NCBI GenBank assembly: GCA_024704765.1
Contig: JAKMXF010000309.1
Coordinates: 359,724 to 423,723 of the forward strand
DNA: 64,000 nt
From: Oopsacas minuta
Taxonomy: Eukaryota; Animalia; Porifera
Direction: 5' to 3'
Of this stretch, positions 39,380-49,789 are shown piece after piece (position 1 is the first letter of the stretch; the number at the start of each line of letters is the position of its first letter). The translations under genes were made by a program, and so were the position numbers. The notes below the pieces were generated by a model that saw only the letters and a list, made by a program, of their open reading frames with translations, was not told the origin of the DNA and searched no databases.

Positions 39380-40823
39380 ATGGAAGTTTCATTTTCCGAG
39401 CCTTACCAACACACATCTGGCTTATGTGAGTTTTCTCCAGACGGAAGGTTTCTAGCTAGCTGTTGTCAGTGCAGATTATCACTACGAGATGCTGCTACAC
39501 AGCATGTACTGTATCTACACACTACACTAGACCCTATACAGTATATTGAATGGTCACCTGATTCCTTACTCATACTATGTGCTATGTACAGACGGGGTAT
39601 CGTGCAGGTATGGTCATTGGAGCATAGCGAATGGAGCTGTAAGATAGATGAGGGCCTATGTGGTCTAGTGTCGGCTGTTTGGACATCTGACAGCAGAAAT
39701 ATTCTCACTACTTGTCAATTCCATCTCAGAATGACTGTATGGTCTCTTGTTAATAAATCAGTTTCTTATCTCAAATGGCCTAAATTGGAGAAAGGTAATA
39801 TGAATACAGAAATATGCAATAGATACCGGTTATAAGAACACCCATGGGAGTAGCAAAATGTTCTTATAACCGGTATACTGTATTTCTGTAGGAAGTGTAT
39901 CTTTCACTAAGAACGGTAAATTAATGTGTCTAGCAGAGCGAAGAGATGGAAAAGATCATGTTAGTGTATTTAACCTCGCTTCCTGGGCTATGTTATCTAA
40001 CTTCCAAGTAACTACTGAGGATCTAGCTGCTATACAGTTCTCTCCTGATTGCTCACATATTTGTGTGTTAGATTCCGCGATATTCTGTAAACTAGCTGTT
40101 TATTCAATAGACGGTAGATGTCTAGCTGATGTATCTCCGTACTCCAATGCTTTAGGGCTTAGATGTATGGACTGGTCGGATTCAGGACAGCTCCTAGCTA
40201 TAGGGGCCTATGACCAGAAGATCCGTATACTCAATCATCTTACTTGGAGTATTCTCTTAGAATTTGAACACAGCTCTCCTATAGAGCAGAGAGAAGTTAA
40301 TGTGTTTGTAGAAACGGAATCAAAGCCTAATTTCAGTAAAGATATACATCAGAAACTTAGGAAGTTTGAGAAGAATACATCTAGTCGTTATGAGACTAAA
40401 GATACTCCTTTCACTATTCCTGCTCGTAAACCAAATCCCAAGGAAGCTGATCCTAAAATCGGTGTATCAAATTTAAAGTTTAGTCCAGACAGCTCATTAC
40501 TAGCTAGTAAGAATGAAAATATGCCAAATACTGTATGGATATGGAGTGTTAAGAAGGTGCGATTAACCGCAGTTCTCACTCACTTGAACGAAGTGAAATG
40601 TTTCGCATGGGACCCCTGTCAATCACGTTTAGCTATATGTACAGGTTCTTATAAAATATATCTTTGGTCTCTATCATGTAACGGAGCTTTTGCAGCTGAT
40701 TTACCATCTCTAAATAGTTTCTCAGTCCGCAGCTTACGATGGCATCCAAGCGGATCTTCACTACTCATCTGTTCTAATACACACTTCTATATATGCTACT
40801 TTGATGACATCACCACTGAATAA
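39380..40823 (+). CDS. WRAP73: WD-repeat protein WRAP73/WDR8, 2 exons (intron 39795-39891)
   Basis: [58 protein letters not shown]. Confidence 0.95.
39811..39882. mobile_element. MITE family D (hairpin, TACAGTAGATACCGGTTATAAGAAC..GTTCTTATAACCGG..CTGTA)
   Basis: ATACCGGTTATAAGAAC/GTTCTTATAACCGGTAT inverted pair in the WRAP73 intron; other copies at ~8720-8792, 13431-13496, 17560-17611, 24817-24877, 29141-29206. Confidence 0.85.
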
Positions 40824-40925
40824 CTCTTTTGTCACTCTAATTAATCTCTTATTTGATTTTAATAATTATATTTTATCACTAATTATATTATTTTATTGTA
40901 GTAGATAAAACAGTGACGTCATAAA

Positions 40926-42980
40926 ATGTGTGAAGAATTCAATTTCTTGTCTCACACAGAGCGCAGACATTTGCTTGCTGGGATTAAGGCACAAGTTTGG
41001 GAGATAATTCCCTATATAGAAGATTCTGATAAACTATTCTCTATCTTATCTCCTCTCTCTCCGACAGAGGCTCGTCTGTTGTTGGTTTATGGGGCGGGAC
41101 CTCCTAGCCCTCATTCTTGGACAACATTCAAACAGTCCCCCTGGTTAGAACTTCTTCACAGTCTCTGGGACGGACAAGACAAGCGAGTAGATAGATTAAT
41201 AGAATTGTATGATTTTCCTCCTGATTCTCCTGGTTTATCAAACTCATGTACTCATCTCGTGTCACCTGCCATCGCCCTGTCACGCTCTCTTGAAGTAGAA
41301 GCTCTTGACTTCTTACTAGACAAGTATTGTATCAGTATAGATCTGCATTCGAGCAAATTCGTTATTTCTACACCATTAATTGAAACAGTTAAGGATTGTG
41401 ACGTCATGATAGTACATCAAATAATGCTTAACTTGATTAAGAGAGGAGCTAATGTAAACTCTGTTACGAGAGAATTGAAGCAGAGTTGTCTACATATAAT
41501 ACTCACTAGATCTCGTGTAAGTAAGGATCTATTCAGATTACTACTGGAGAATGGAGCTGATATAAATCTACCAGATGCGAAAGGTAACACCCCACTACAC
41601 TATATTGTAGAGAAGAATATATACAAACTATTTCCTATTATTACAGAGTTTGTATTGTCTGGTAAGATAGAATTGCTATTATTACGTAATAATAATAATT
41701 TCACACCTCTGATGTATGCTGTATATGAATCTGATGTCAAGAGCTCTTTATTCCTGCTGGAACACTGTGAACTCTCTGTAGCAACCGTTAGACAGAATAG
41801 GTATTTGTATATAATTAGTAGTGAGAAGAAATATATTTATAGAAAGAAAATGCGACGTACTTTACTATGCTGTATAAAGCATGGTTTAGGAACTGGTAGT
41901 ATAGACCATGGATATCTTAAAGATGAGTTCTGTGACGCAGAAAAGCTCTCAGACATAGATCCCCTGACAGAAACAGCTGTTAGACTTCTCATAAACTCAT
42001 ATTTCTATCGTGACGTCAGTGTCGGTATGCCTAATCCTGTGTTAGATATGGAAATGAGGAGAACTTGTAAAAGAGTTTGTAATAGGAAATATAGGAAGTA
42101 TAATTTGGGTGTTGCTAATTTGACACCTATACATCAGCTGACTGCTTGTTGTCTACAGCTGTTCATGGATCCTTACCCTGGGCTGAACAAATGCTCTATC
42201 CTCTCAGAATATTTCGTACATAAGATGGATATTTCGCGAGAACTCTATGCTCTTATTAAAGTGTCTAGTCAGTTTGTAGACCAAACAGTATTCGATACAA
42301 TGCATCCAATTGTTAGCGAGTATTTTGAAGTTAATATACTCAATCTTATCAACCATCCTCTGTCTTTGGTATGTAATGCTTGGGAAGAACTCATAACTGT
42401 TTCTATCACTTATTTATGGCTCTGCTATGAACATGTTGCGCTATTCGCAGAAACCAAGGAGATCCTGTATGAATACATTTTTCGTATTATTCACAAATTC
42501 CATACATTTGCTGGTAGAAAGCATTCTCTGATCTCTAGCATTATAATTGCATTATCTTCTCCCAAGCTAGATTTGTGTGTTAATCTCAAAGGCATTGTTA
42601 AAATAACTCCAATCATTTTAGTGGATTTTTTAATGGAATTTGGAGCATCTTTGAACACCCGCGGATGTGATGGCACTACTCCTCTGCATTTAGCTAGCGT
42701 CTACAAAAACCAAGAATTAGTACAATATTTGCTGGAGCGAAACGCAGATCCGTCTGCATTAGATTATCTACAAGATAGTTGTGTTAGTTATTTTGCGGTT
42801 TTTGACATAGAATACAGCCTTCCTCGCATTTCTACTCTCAAAATATTATCCAGAGATACTGTGCTTAGGAATAAGCTTAACTACAAGCAATTTTATATGG
42901 AGAATCTATCTGAGAAAAATTTTACGAATATTTTAGAATTTATAAATTTGAGCAGACCTTATATGGAATTAATTAATTAA
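40926..42980 (+). CDS. Ankyrin-repeat protein, FEM1-like layout, single exon
   Basis: N-terminal ankyrin repeats (GANVN, GADINLPDAKGNTPLH), helical middle, C-terminal ankyrin (GTTPLHLA) and BC/VHL-box-like STLKILSRDTV; family assignment tentative. Confidence 0.6.
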   Translation: MCEEFNFLSHTERRHLLAGIKAQVWEIIPYIEDSDKLFSILSPLSPTEARLLLVYGAGPPSPHSWTTFKQSPWLELLHSLWDGQDKRVDRLIELYDFPPDSPGLSNSCTHLVSPAIALSRSLEVEALDFLLDKYCISIDLHSSKFVISTPLIETVKDCDVMIVHQIMLNLIKRGANVNSVTRELKQSCLHIILTRSRVSKDLFRLLLENGADINLPDAKGNTPLHYIVEKNIYKLFPIITEFVLSGKIELLLLRNNNNFTPLMYAVYESDVKSSLFLLEHCELSVATVRQNRYLYIISSEKKYIYRKKMRRTLLCCIKHGLGTGSIDHGYLKDEFCDAEKLSDIDPLTETAVRLLINSYFYRDVSVGMPNPVLDMEMRRTCKRVCNRKYRKYNLGVANLTPIHQLTACCLQLFMDPYPGLNKCSILSEYFVHKMDISRELYALIKVSSQFVDQTVFDTMHPIVSEYFEVNILNLINHPLSLVCNAWEELITVSITYLWLCYEHVALFAETKEILYEYIFRIIHKFHTFAGRKHSLISSIIIALSSPKLDLCVNLKGIVKITPIILVDFLMEFGASLNTRGCDGTTPLHLASVYKNQELVQYLLERNADPSALDYLQDSCVSYFAVFDIEYSLPRISTLKILSRDTVLRNKLNYKQFYMENLSEKNFTNILEFINLSRPYMELIN

Positions 42981-43254
42981 TTAATTAATTCTGTTTAATT
43001 TTTTGTGTTTTGTAACATCTTTATTAGCAAATTCATATTTCTTATATTTCCTATGCAATCTCGCCTTATTTAATTGGGAAATTGCATGTTATTGGATATT
43101 TTATAAACACATATAGGCAGACTGTATAATATTAATTCCCATTTAATTTGAAATGTTGTTTAATACAAGTTACAAGAATGCATACAAAAGTGAGTAATAT
43201 TAGTTAATATTATTTATAAAGTAAGTGTATAAGAGAATAACGTAAAAGAGTTTG

Positions 43255-43584
43255 TTAGTTATCTGCCCACTTAAACGGATCGAATATATGAATTTCTGTT
43301 TGTGCTGAATGTCTATAACTTTTGAGTTCTCTTTCTAATCGAATCTTTTCTTGCATTAAAATTTCTTTCTGGAATTTTAGTGTGTTTATTTCATCTCTCT
43401 CTTTCGTACGAAATCTCTTCCCGTAGCATCTAATTCGTAATAATCTTCTGTAACTTTTCAATTCTTTCATTTGATCTTCATTCAATCCTTTCGAATGAGC
43501 TTTAGCTTTCAATTCAGAGTTTCCTAATTTGCAAACTTCCTCCTCACTTAACCCGTATGTATTTTGTGTTATCTTCCTTGGCAT
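43255..43584 (-). CDS. Small Maf-like bZIP protein, paralog 1
   Basis: GLSEEE..ELK..LNEDQMKELKSYRRLLRIRCYGKRFR plus heptad zipper; two paralogs nearby. Confidence 0.8.
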   Translation of the reverse strand: MPRKITQNTYGLSEEEVCKLGNSELKAKAHSKGLNEDQMKELKSYRRLLRIRCYGKRFRTKERDEINTLKFQKEILMQEKIRLERELKSYRHSAQTEIHIFDPFKWADN

Positions 43585-43629
43585 TTCTATTTATCTTTTA
43601 TTTGTTCAATTGTAACTTAATATTTCTTA

Positions 43630-43637
43630 TATTTATA
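43630..43637 (-). promoter_or_regulatory. TATA box of bZIP paralog 1
   Basis: TATAAATA ~45 nt upstream of the ATG; same motif at similar distance in all three paralogs. Confidence 0.6.
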
Positions 43638-45723
43638 CGAATTTATATATAACAACAGCCCTTATATCACATGTTAATAGCTTGTCTTTCTGTTTCTTGA
43701 TTAGAAAAGCTATTCTTTCCTAGAATTTGAATACTAAAATTGTTTATATTATAGTTTGTTGATTTGTAGAACCATTACGGGAATTCAATTTGGACAATTT
43801 CCTAAGAATTCCCTGTTTTATTAATATCAGCATTATGTATTGATTTGGTTCTTTTCACAAGTTTAATTGAATTAGAATGACTTTATCTTACACGCGACGA
43901 GTTTCTCTTTAACATAATTATAGAGTTTATAGGTTTATCTATCTATTTGTTTGTTTGTAATGCCTTTAAAGTTAAGGCCATTTCTAGCTGTAAGAACTCA
44001 GGCAAATTCTGAGCAATGACAAGTTCAGTGAATATGAAATTAATATTACGTGATGTAATAGTAATACGATAATGCTAATTTGTATTATTTATTGTATTTT
44101 GGTATTATTTTATTATTTTTTTCATTCATTAGAATGACATTTACGTTTAAGCAAATTATTCACATCCGGTATTTGCATATTTGTATGATAATTATAATAA
44201 TTACAAACTTAATCATTCACCATCAAGTTTGTAATGATTCTAGGAGTATTTGCTTGAATTTAATTCTAAGCATTTTCCATTCTTTGAGTTTTTGAAATGC
44301 CAAATCTTATCAGAATTTATCCATATTTATGAATTCCTCTACAGATATGTTGAGAGTTATCACGAAAATATTCCTAACTCTCATTCTTTGATTTATAGCA
44401 ATTTACCACCCCTTTTCACTGAATATTATTTATTTTACAAGTGTCCATATTTTGTCTGATCTCTCCATTTCGTCCGAATCATTATTTGAATTAGTCCCTT
44501 GCTGTTGTTATTGATGTTTACAAGTTCTATTTCATTTTTTTTACTTATGTTACTTTTGGGTGAACTCGTTACCTCTGGGTTCTAACACGTGAATGTTCTT
44601 ACGTGCAGAACTTGCTCCTTTCCTTCATAATGATTCGACAACTATTTCTATTATTAGTTTGAATATATTTAATACTAATTAACAAGGACATAGTAGGTCC
44701 ACTGTGACTAATTGGAAACTGCAAATATAGCATTTGACTGTAACAATTATGTTACCTCATTCATGCTCCTATAATCTCTATGAAATACTATTAGTCATGT
44801 TCTATGTCTATATATGGTTACTGGTTATAACCTTATTTCCTTATTATATATATTGTACCAACTCCTGTTATATCAAGAACGGATATATCGACCACAGGCC
44901 CTTTCGATATAATCTAAGGTCCTCATATATTCTCGAATACTTTCAATTTACACTCTCTAACTCTGCTAACATAGAACTGAATTATATAACCAAGTGGTTA
45001 GATACCAGTAATTCCTAAAATGGGACTCCGGGTCTGTTCCATTGATCAGTTAGCCGATATTTTCGTATCATTAATACCGTAAGCCGCAGTTGCGATTCTT
45101 ACCCACACCCCAGGCAACTTTACAAGGTCTTAGTGATCTTTGCTTCCTAGAATTTACTACCAAACTCCACACGATCAGTTATAAACATAATATCTCTGTT
45201 AGCTAATAAATATTATTTCAAATAGTTAGACCTTGTGCATGACTCTATTTGCCATTTAGATTACTACTCAGTCACATTACAATCAATTCACGAGATAGTC
45301 TTATGGCAGAATTAGTTTAAGGAATTATTTTTGGTTTTAGATTAGTCATTATTATTTAGACACAATTGTTTTTGTTCTAAATATAAATTTGGAATTTCCG
45401 TCCTCATCAGGCGGACAGCTTCATCCTGGTTACGAGGATCACATGAAAATGTTGTAAAAAGAAATCTGATATCTCATTTTAAAATGATTCATATTGAAAG
45501 TATTTCGGCTGTATTTCGCTCGCCAGTATTTTTGATTCGTGTAATGTAGAGGATTGATTAGAAATTATTAATGTTATGAGCTATTGCTAACATAGATATT
45601 TTCATAACTAGCAAAAAGATTTATAATCACTTGCTATTTAATTTAACAGAATTGATGCTTATTAATGAGGTAATTATGCTGTAGCGAATGTGAGTTGTAT
45701 TGCTAGTCTATTTTGAGTTGTAG

Positions 45724-46089
45724 TTATAAGTATTGTGGCTGTGATAATATTAGGGGAGATTCTATGGTCAGGATGTTATCTAGGAGTTCAATAACTTCCA
45801 TAACTGAGTTCTGATCTTTATACCATTCTATTTCTTGTTTGAGCAGTGCTACCTCTCTCTGCCAAATACGTTTCTCCTCTCGTAATCTGTCCAGATATAA
45901 CCTTTCTCTCTTCCTGAAATCTCTCCCGTAACTTCTGACCTTCAATAAACGTCTGTAATTCTTTATTGCCTCTACTTCTACATCAGTTAATCCTCTCTCC
46001 TTCGCTAAAGATACCAAATCTTGCATGTCTAGATCTGTTATCTCAGTCTCACTCATACCAAATGTATCTATGCTAAATCTAGTCGGCAT
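45724..46089 (-). CDS. Small Maf-like bZIP protein, paralog 2
   Basis: LTDVEVEAIKNYRRLLKVRSYGRDFRKRE plus zipper. Confidence 0.8.
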   Translation of the reverse strand: MPTRFSIDTFGMSETEITDLDMQDLVSLAKERGLTDVEVEAIKNYRRLLKVRSYGRDFRKRERLYLDRLREEKRIWQREVALLKQEIEWYKDQNSVMEVIELLDNILTIESPLILSQPQYL

Positions 46090-46139
46090 TGTTTTTGATT
46101 TGAATTGTTCGTTTCTTATTTAATAATTTCAAGTCTCCA

Positions 46140-46147
46140 TATTTATA
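46140..46147 (-). promoter_or_regulatory. TATA box of bZIP paralog 2
   Basis: TATAAATA ~50 nt upstream of the ATG. Confidence 0.6.
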
Positions 46148-46563
46148 GTTTGGAGATTTTGTGATTCTTTTAGTGTCATTATATATTCGTTTTCCGATTC
46201 TTAACAGTATCAACCAATCTTCTATCTCTTCGATGAAATATCACTGTTTTAATTACAATAGAACTTTTAGCTTAAGTTTCAGTACTAGCTTAGTTGCAAT
46301 TATATCGAATAAACATTTTCATTTAGGAAATATTTCGATGCTCTTTACCTTCTAGGAATAATTGTTTTAGATTTTTGTCGCATTGTTTTTGCTTGGTTCC
46401 ATTTCCTTATATTTGTAGCTTATTTCTTATAAACATTTTATTACGAGCAATGTAAAGTTACTTATCTGTAGGACTTGTAATATGTTATTGTTTAGTTTGT
46501 AACTAATTCAGTAAGGTTACAATAAGCAATTGTTATTTATTATAAACTCAAGTATTTTGTAAA

Positions 46564-46893
46564 TTAATAAGGATAGAATTGCTCCAAAATTTCTATAGTC
46601 TCCATAATAGAAATCTGATTTTGATACCATTCAATCTCTTCCTTCAAAAGTATGGTCTTTCTCTCCCAAATAAGTTTATCTTGTCTCAGTCGAGTGATTG
46701 AATCTCTTTCTCTCTTTCTGAAATCTTTTCCATAATTACGAACTTTTAACAGTCGTCTGTAAGATTTTAACTTTTTGATCTGCTCCCTAGATAATCTCCT
46801 ATCTCTTCCTGTCTGCAGGAATTCTGTATGAGTTTGACTCATAATTTCCTCTTCACTAAGGCCATACGTGTCTATACTAATTCTCTTTGGCAT
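46564..46893 (-). CDS. Small Maf-like bZIP protein, paralog 3
   Basis: LSREQIKKLKSYRRLLKVRNYGKDFRKRE plus zipper. Confidence 0.8.
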   Translation of the reverse strand: MPKRISIDTYGLSEEEIMSQTHTEFLQTGRDRRLSREQIKKLKSYRRLLKVRNYGKDFRKRERDSITRLRQDKLIWERKTILLKEEIEWYQNQISIMETIEILEQFYPY

Positions 46894-46937
46894 TTCTCTA
46901 TTTTGCTCGATTTTTGAATTTAAAATATATACTATTC

Positions 46938-46945
46938 TATTTATA
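46938..46945 (-). promoter_or_regulatory. TATA box of bZIP paralog 3
   Basis: TATAAATA ~45 nt upstream of the ATG. Confidence 0.6.
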
Positions 46946-48189
46946 ATACTTCCATGCTAACCCAATTTCCTAGAATACTTATTGTCACTAACAAGTATCG
47001 TGATTTTTATTTCTTGATGTGTAACGAAATGTGTATATGTCATAGTGAAAATGGATTTATTTATAATAATATAGATATTGTTCAATTTCTGCACGGAGTT
47101 ATACGTTATAAACATTTGTAATACATTTATCAATGCTTTGTTTATTATAATTATCACTGCAATATTTCCTATGTTATTCTATTTGGTATTATAACATACA
47201 AATGATTGCAAGAATTCACTGAACTAGCATAATTAGATCATCATATTATTGGGTATTTAAGACTCACACACTCCGTGACTTTTTGGTTAGAACTATTTCC
47301 AGAAATTCTCGGGTACAAATGCATGACTCTGCGAGTAGACAATGCTGTTGTGCCAGGCAATATTATACATTTGTTTGCTGGGATAGATGACTAGCAGAGA
47401 TGGAGCTTGAGTATTCAATGGCTAAGTTCATTACTACAGCCTTGATATTTACGTAATAATATTTATAATTTGATCATTGCTCCTCCCATTAAACTTGTGA
47501 TTATTTTTGTAATAATTTCTATGTAATAATGATTAATGAAGTTTGGTAGCAGTACTAGAATTATGAATGTAAATGGAATATTTATTGTTAAGGTTATTTC
47601 TCTGATAGGAATTATAATTTCAATTTACATTTGAGTATTAAAATTCAATAAATTCAAACAATTAACTGTAATGTTTATTGTACAAATTTATTGACTCTTT
47701 TTATTTTAGTTTCAATATTCAAACTTGGTTAATTATTAGAAAATATCCTACTAATTGCTCAAAAGACTTTCATTATTATTAATCAATTATATCTCCATAA
47801 ACATACACTAGCTTACCGAACTCATGTCTTACACTAGCCAATTCGGCTATAGAATTTATCAAAGATTCTATTCCGGTTAAATAACAGAGTTTGATCCGTA
47901 TTGGAATCGTAGAAATGATGTGAGCTGGAAGTTCTGTAGAATTGACGATCTCATCATAACATTATTTAATATAACTACTTATCAGCAGAATATCAGAATA
48001 TTTCATAATACTGCTTATCAAACATATACAGTGCTAGGACAGTTGGTGCTAGTCCCTATTGGGTGTCCTACAGATTACAAATTATTCATGGTAATCAGCT
48101 CTATCAGGTCACAATCAAATGGAAAAGTATTTGATATTCTTTGAAAATAATAATTGCATTAACCGTGGATCCAAGTTAATTTATTAATT

Positions 48190-48867
48190 TCAACTTTCAA
48201 TGAATTCTAGTTTATCTTTAAGAGCTGATATCCCCCTCTGTGTCATTTTAAGCTTCTTGCTAATTTCCTTGATTTGACTTGCAATACAAGAATTTGCAAT
48301 TTCTAACCGAACTAAGTTTTCCTTCTCAATCGCTGCTACATCCATCTTCTCCAGAGGATATCCCTTATTGTCTGTCAGTTTAGTACTGGTTATACCGCGA
48401 TGTAGAGTACGGCTGGGATCTATGAATACGAACTCGTCATAAGTCTGATATATAACTGGTACTTTATCAGGATCTTCTCCGAATAGCTTTATAGGATGGT
48501 AGAACTGTACTGGCCGTTCATTCTGATCAATAAATATAACTTTAACTCCAGCTTCAAATTCTCCCCATCCGGTCTCTGACACCTGGTAAGGAGGCTTCGT
48601 TACTATTCGTGTAGGGGTGTGGTAACTGTCATGCAGACGGAACTCTACCTATATTACGTCACGTGTGTAATAGTATAATGGTAATACTGTATAACTAACC
48701 TGATGGATGTATGGCATATCTTCTCCCTCCAGTGACTGTAGGAATAGTGTCCAAGAGTGTGTGTGTCCGTCTTCTCGCTTCTCACTCAGTAGTCTAGCTA
48801 CTGTACCGTATACGATTGGTTTTACTATTGTAACTCCTCGCATACGTCCGTGTGTAGCATTCTCCAT
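48190..48867 (-). CDS. YEATS4: YEATS domain protein 4 (GAS41), 2 exons (51-nt intron 48649-48699)
   Basis: IVKPIVYG, GHTHSW, VEFRLHDSY..PPYQVSETGWGEFE and C-terminal coiled coil. Confidence 0.96.
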
Positions 48868-48902
48868 AAGCTATTTATTTATAAATAGTTATACAGTTAT
48901 TA

Positions 48903-49679
48903 TTAGTTTATAATAAGTTTAATGTTCTTTAAGATTTCACAAATATTATCTCTTATTTCGCTACTTTTGAGAGTTATACCGCTCTCCTCGCCCCAGCTTA
49001 TAGGCAGAGAGATAGGGAGAGTTCCTAAGAACCGAACTTCCATTTCACCAGCTAAACTCTTACAGCCTTCAGAAGAGAATATGTTAGTACACTCAGTACA
49101 GTTAGGACAAACAAACCCACTCATATTCTCAATCAATCCAAGTATAGGTAGTGACATCTTATGACAGAACGTTATTTCTCTTCTGACGTCATTCAATGCT
49201 ACTATCTGCGGTGTGCTTACTATAAGAGCACTTTTGTTTCTGTCTGCTAGAGCTTCTAAGATAGAGATATGCTCGTCACTAGTACCTGGGGGTGTGTCAA
49301 TAAATAGATAGTCTAATGTACTCCATGATACCTCTCTCAACAGCTGTGTTATCATAGATTTCTTCTTAGGCCCTCTCCAGATGATCGGATCATCTTGTTT
49401 CTCTAGGAAGAATCCTATTGACATGGCTAGTATAGGAGGATCAGATTTCGTCAGGACAGGCCTCCAACCATTCGCGTCCTGTAGAACCTCTGTGCCTTGT
49501 AACCCCATCATTTTAGGAAGGGAGGGTCCGCACAGGTCTAAGTCTAGTACCCCTACTCTGTACCCCTCTGATGAGAGCTGTAACGCTAGCAAGGTAGTAA
49601 CAGTACTCTTACCTACTCCACCCTTGCCTGACAGAACTAGAATAATATTCTCAATTGAGTTATTATCTGAAGTAGCCAT
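48903..49679 (-). CDS. NUBP2: Cytosolic Fe-S assembly factor NUBP2/Cfd1, single exon
   Basis: LSGKGGVGKST, WRGPKK, DTPPGTSDEH, ENMSGFVCPNC; lacks the N-terminal Cys cluster of NUBP1. Confidence 0.94.
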   Translation of the reverse strand: MATSDNNSIENIILVLSGKGGVGKSTVTTLLALQLSSEGYRVGVLDLDLCGPSLPKMMGLQGTEVLQDANGWRPVLTKSDPPILAMSIGFFLEKQDDPIIWRGPKKKSMITQLLREVSWSTLDYLFIDTPPGTSDEHISILEALADRNKSALIVSTPQIVALNDVRREITFCHKMSLPILGLIENMSGFVCPNCTECTNIFSSEGCKSLAGEMEVRFLGTLPISLPISWGEESGITLKSSEIRDNICEILKNIKLIIN

Positions 49680-49789
49680 CTAATTGGGATATTAGTTTGG
49701 AAGATAAATTGTAAAACAATTGCAGTGAAATAATGTAAAAGAGTTTTAAATCTGCTTAGTTTAGTCAGAAAACATAATTAATTAAAAGC

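Noticed and set aside
39795-39891. Introner-like origin of the WRAP73 intron (outer TACAGAAATA/TATTTCTGTA inverted repeat ends at the acceptor)
   Set aside because: Other family D copies show that the element's real ends lie further inside (~39811-39882). Removing the outer pair would leave a 13-nt frameshifting remnant. All other MITEs are internal to their introns.
43700-45600. A fourth bZIP paralog or other gene between bZIP 1 and 2
   Set aside because: No RRLL-type basic region on either strand; the short ORFs are low-complexity AT-rich sequence.
43255-46893. Causal link between the divergent bZIPs and the TGACGTCA excess
   Set aside because: Tempting, but loss of the invariant Asn argues against canonical CRE binding and nothing in the sequence connects them.
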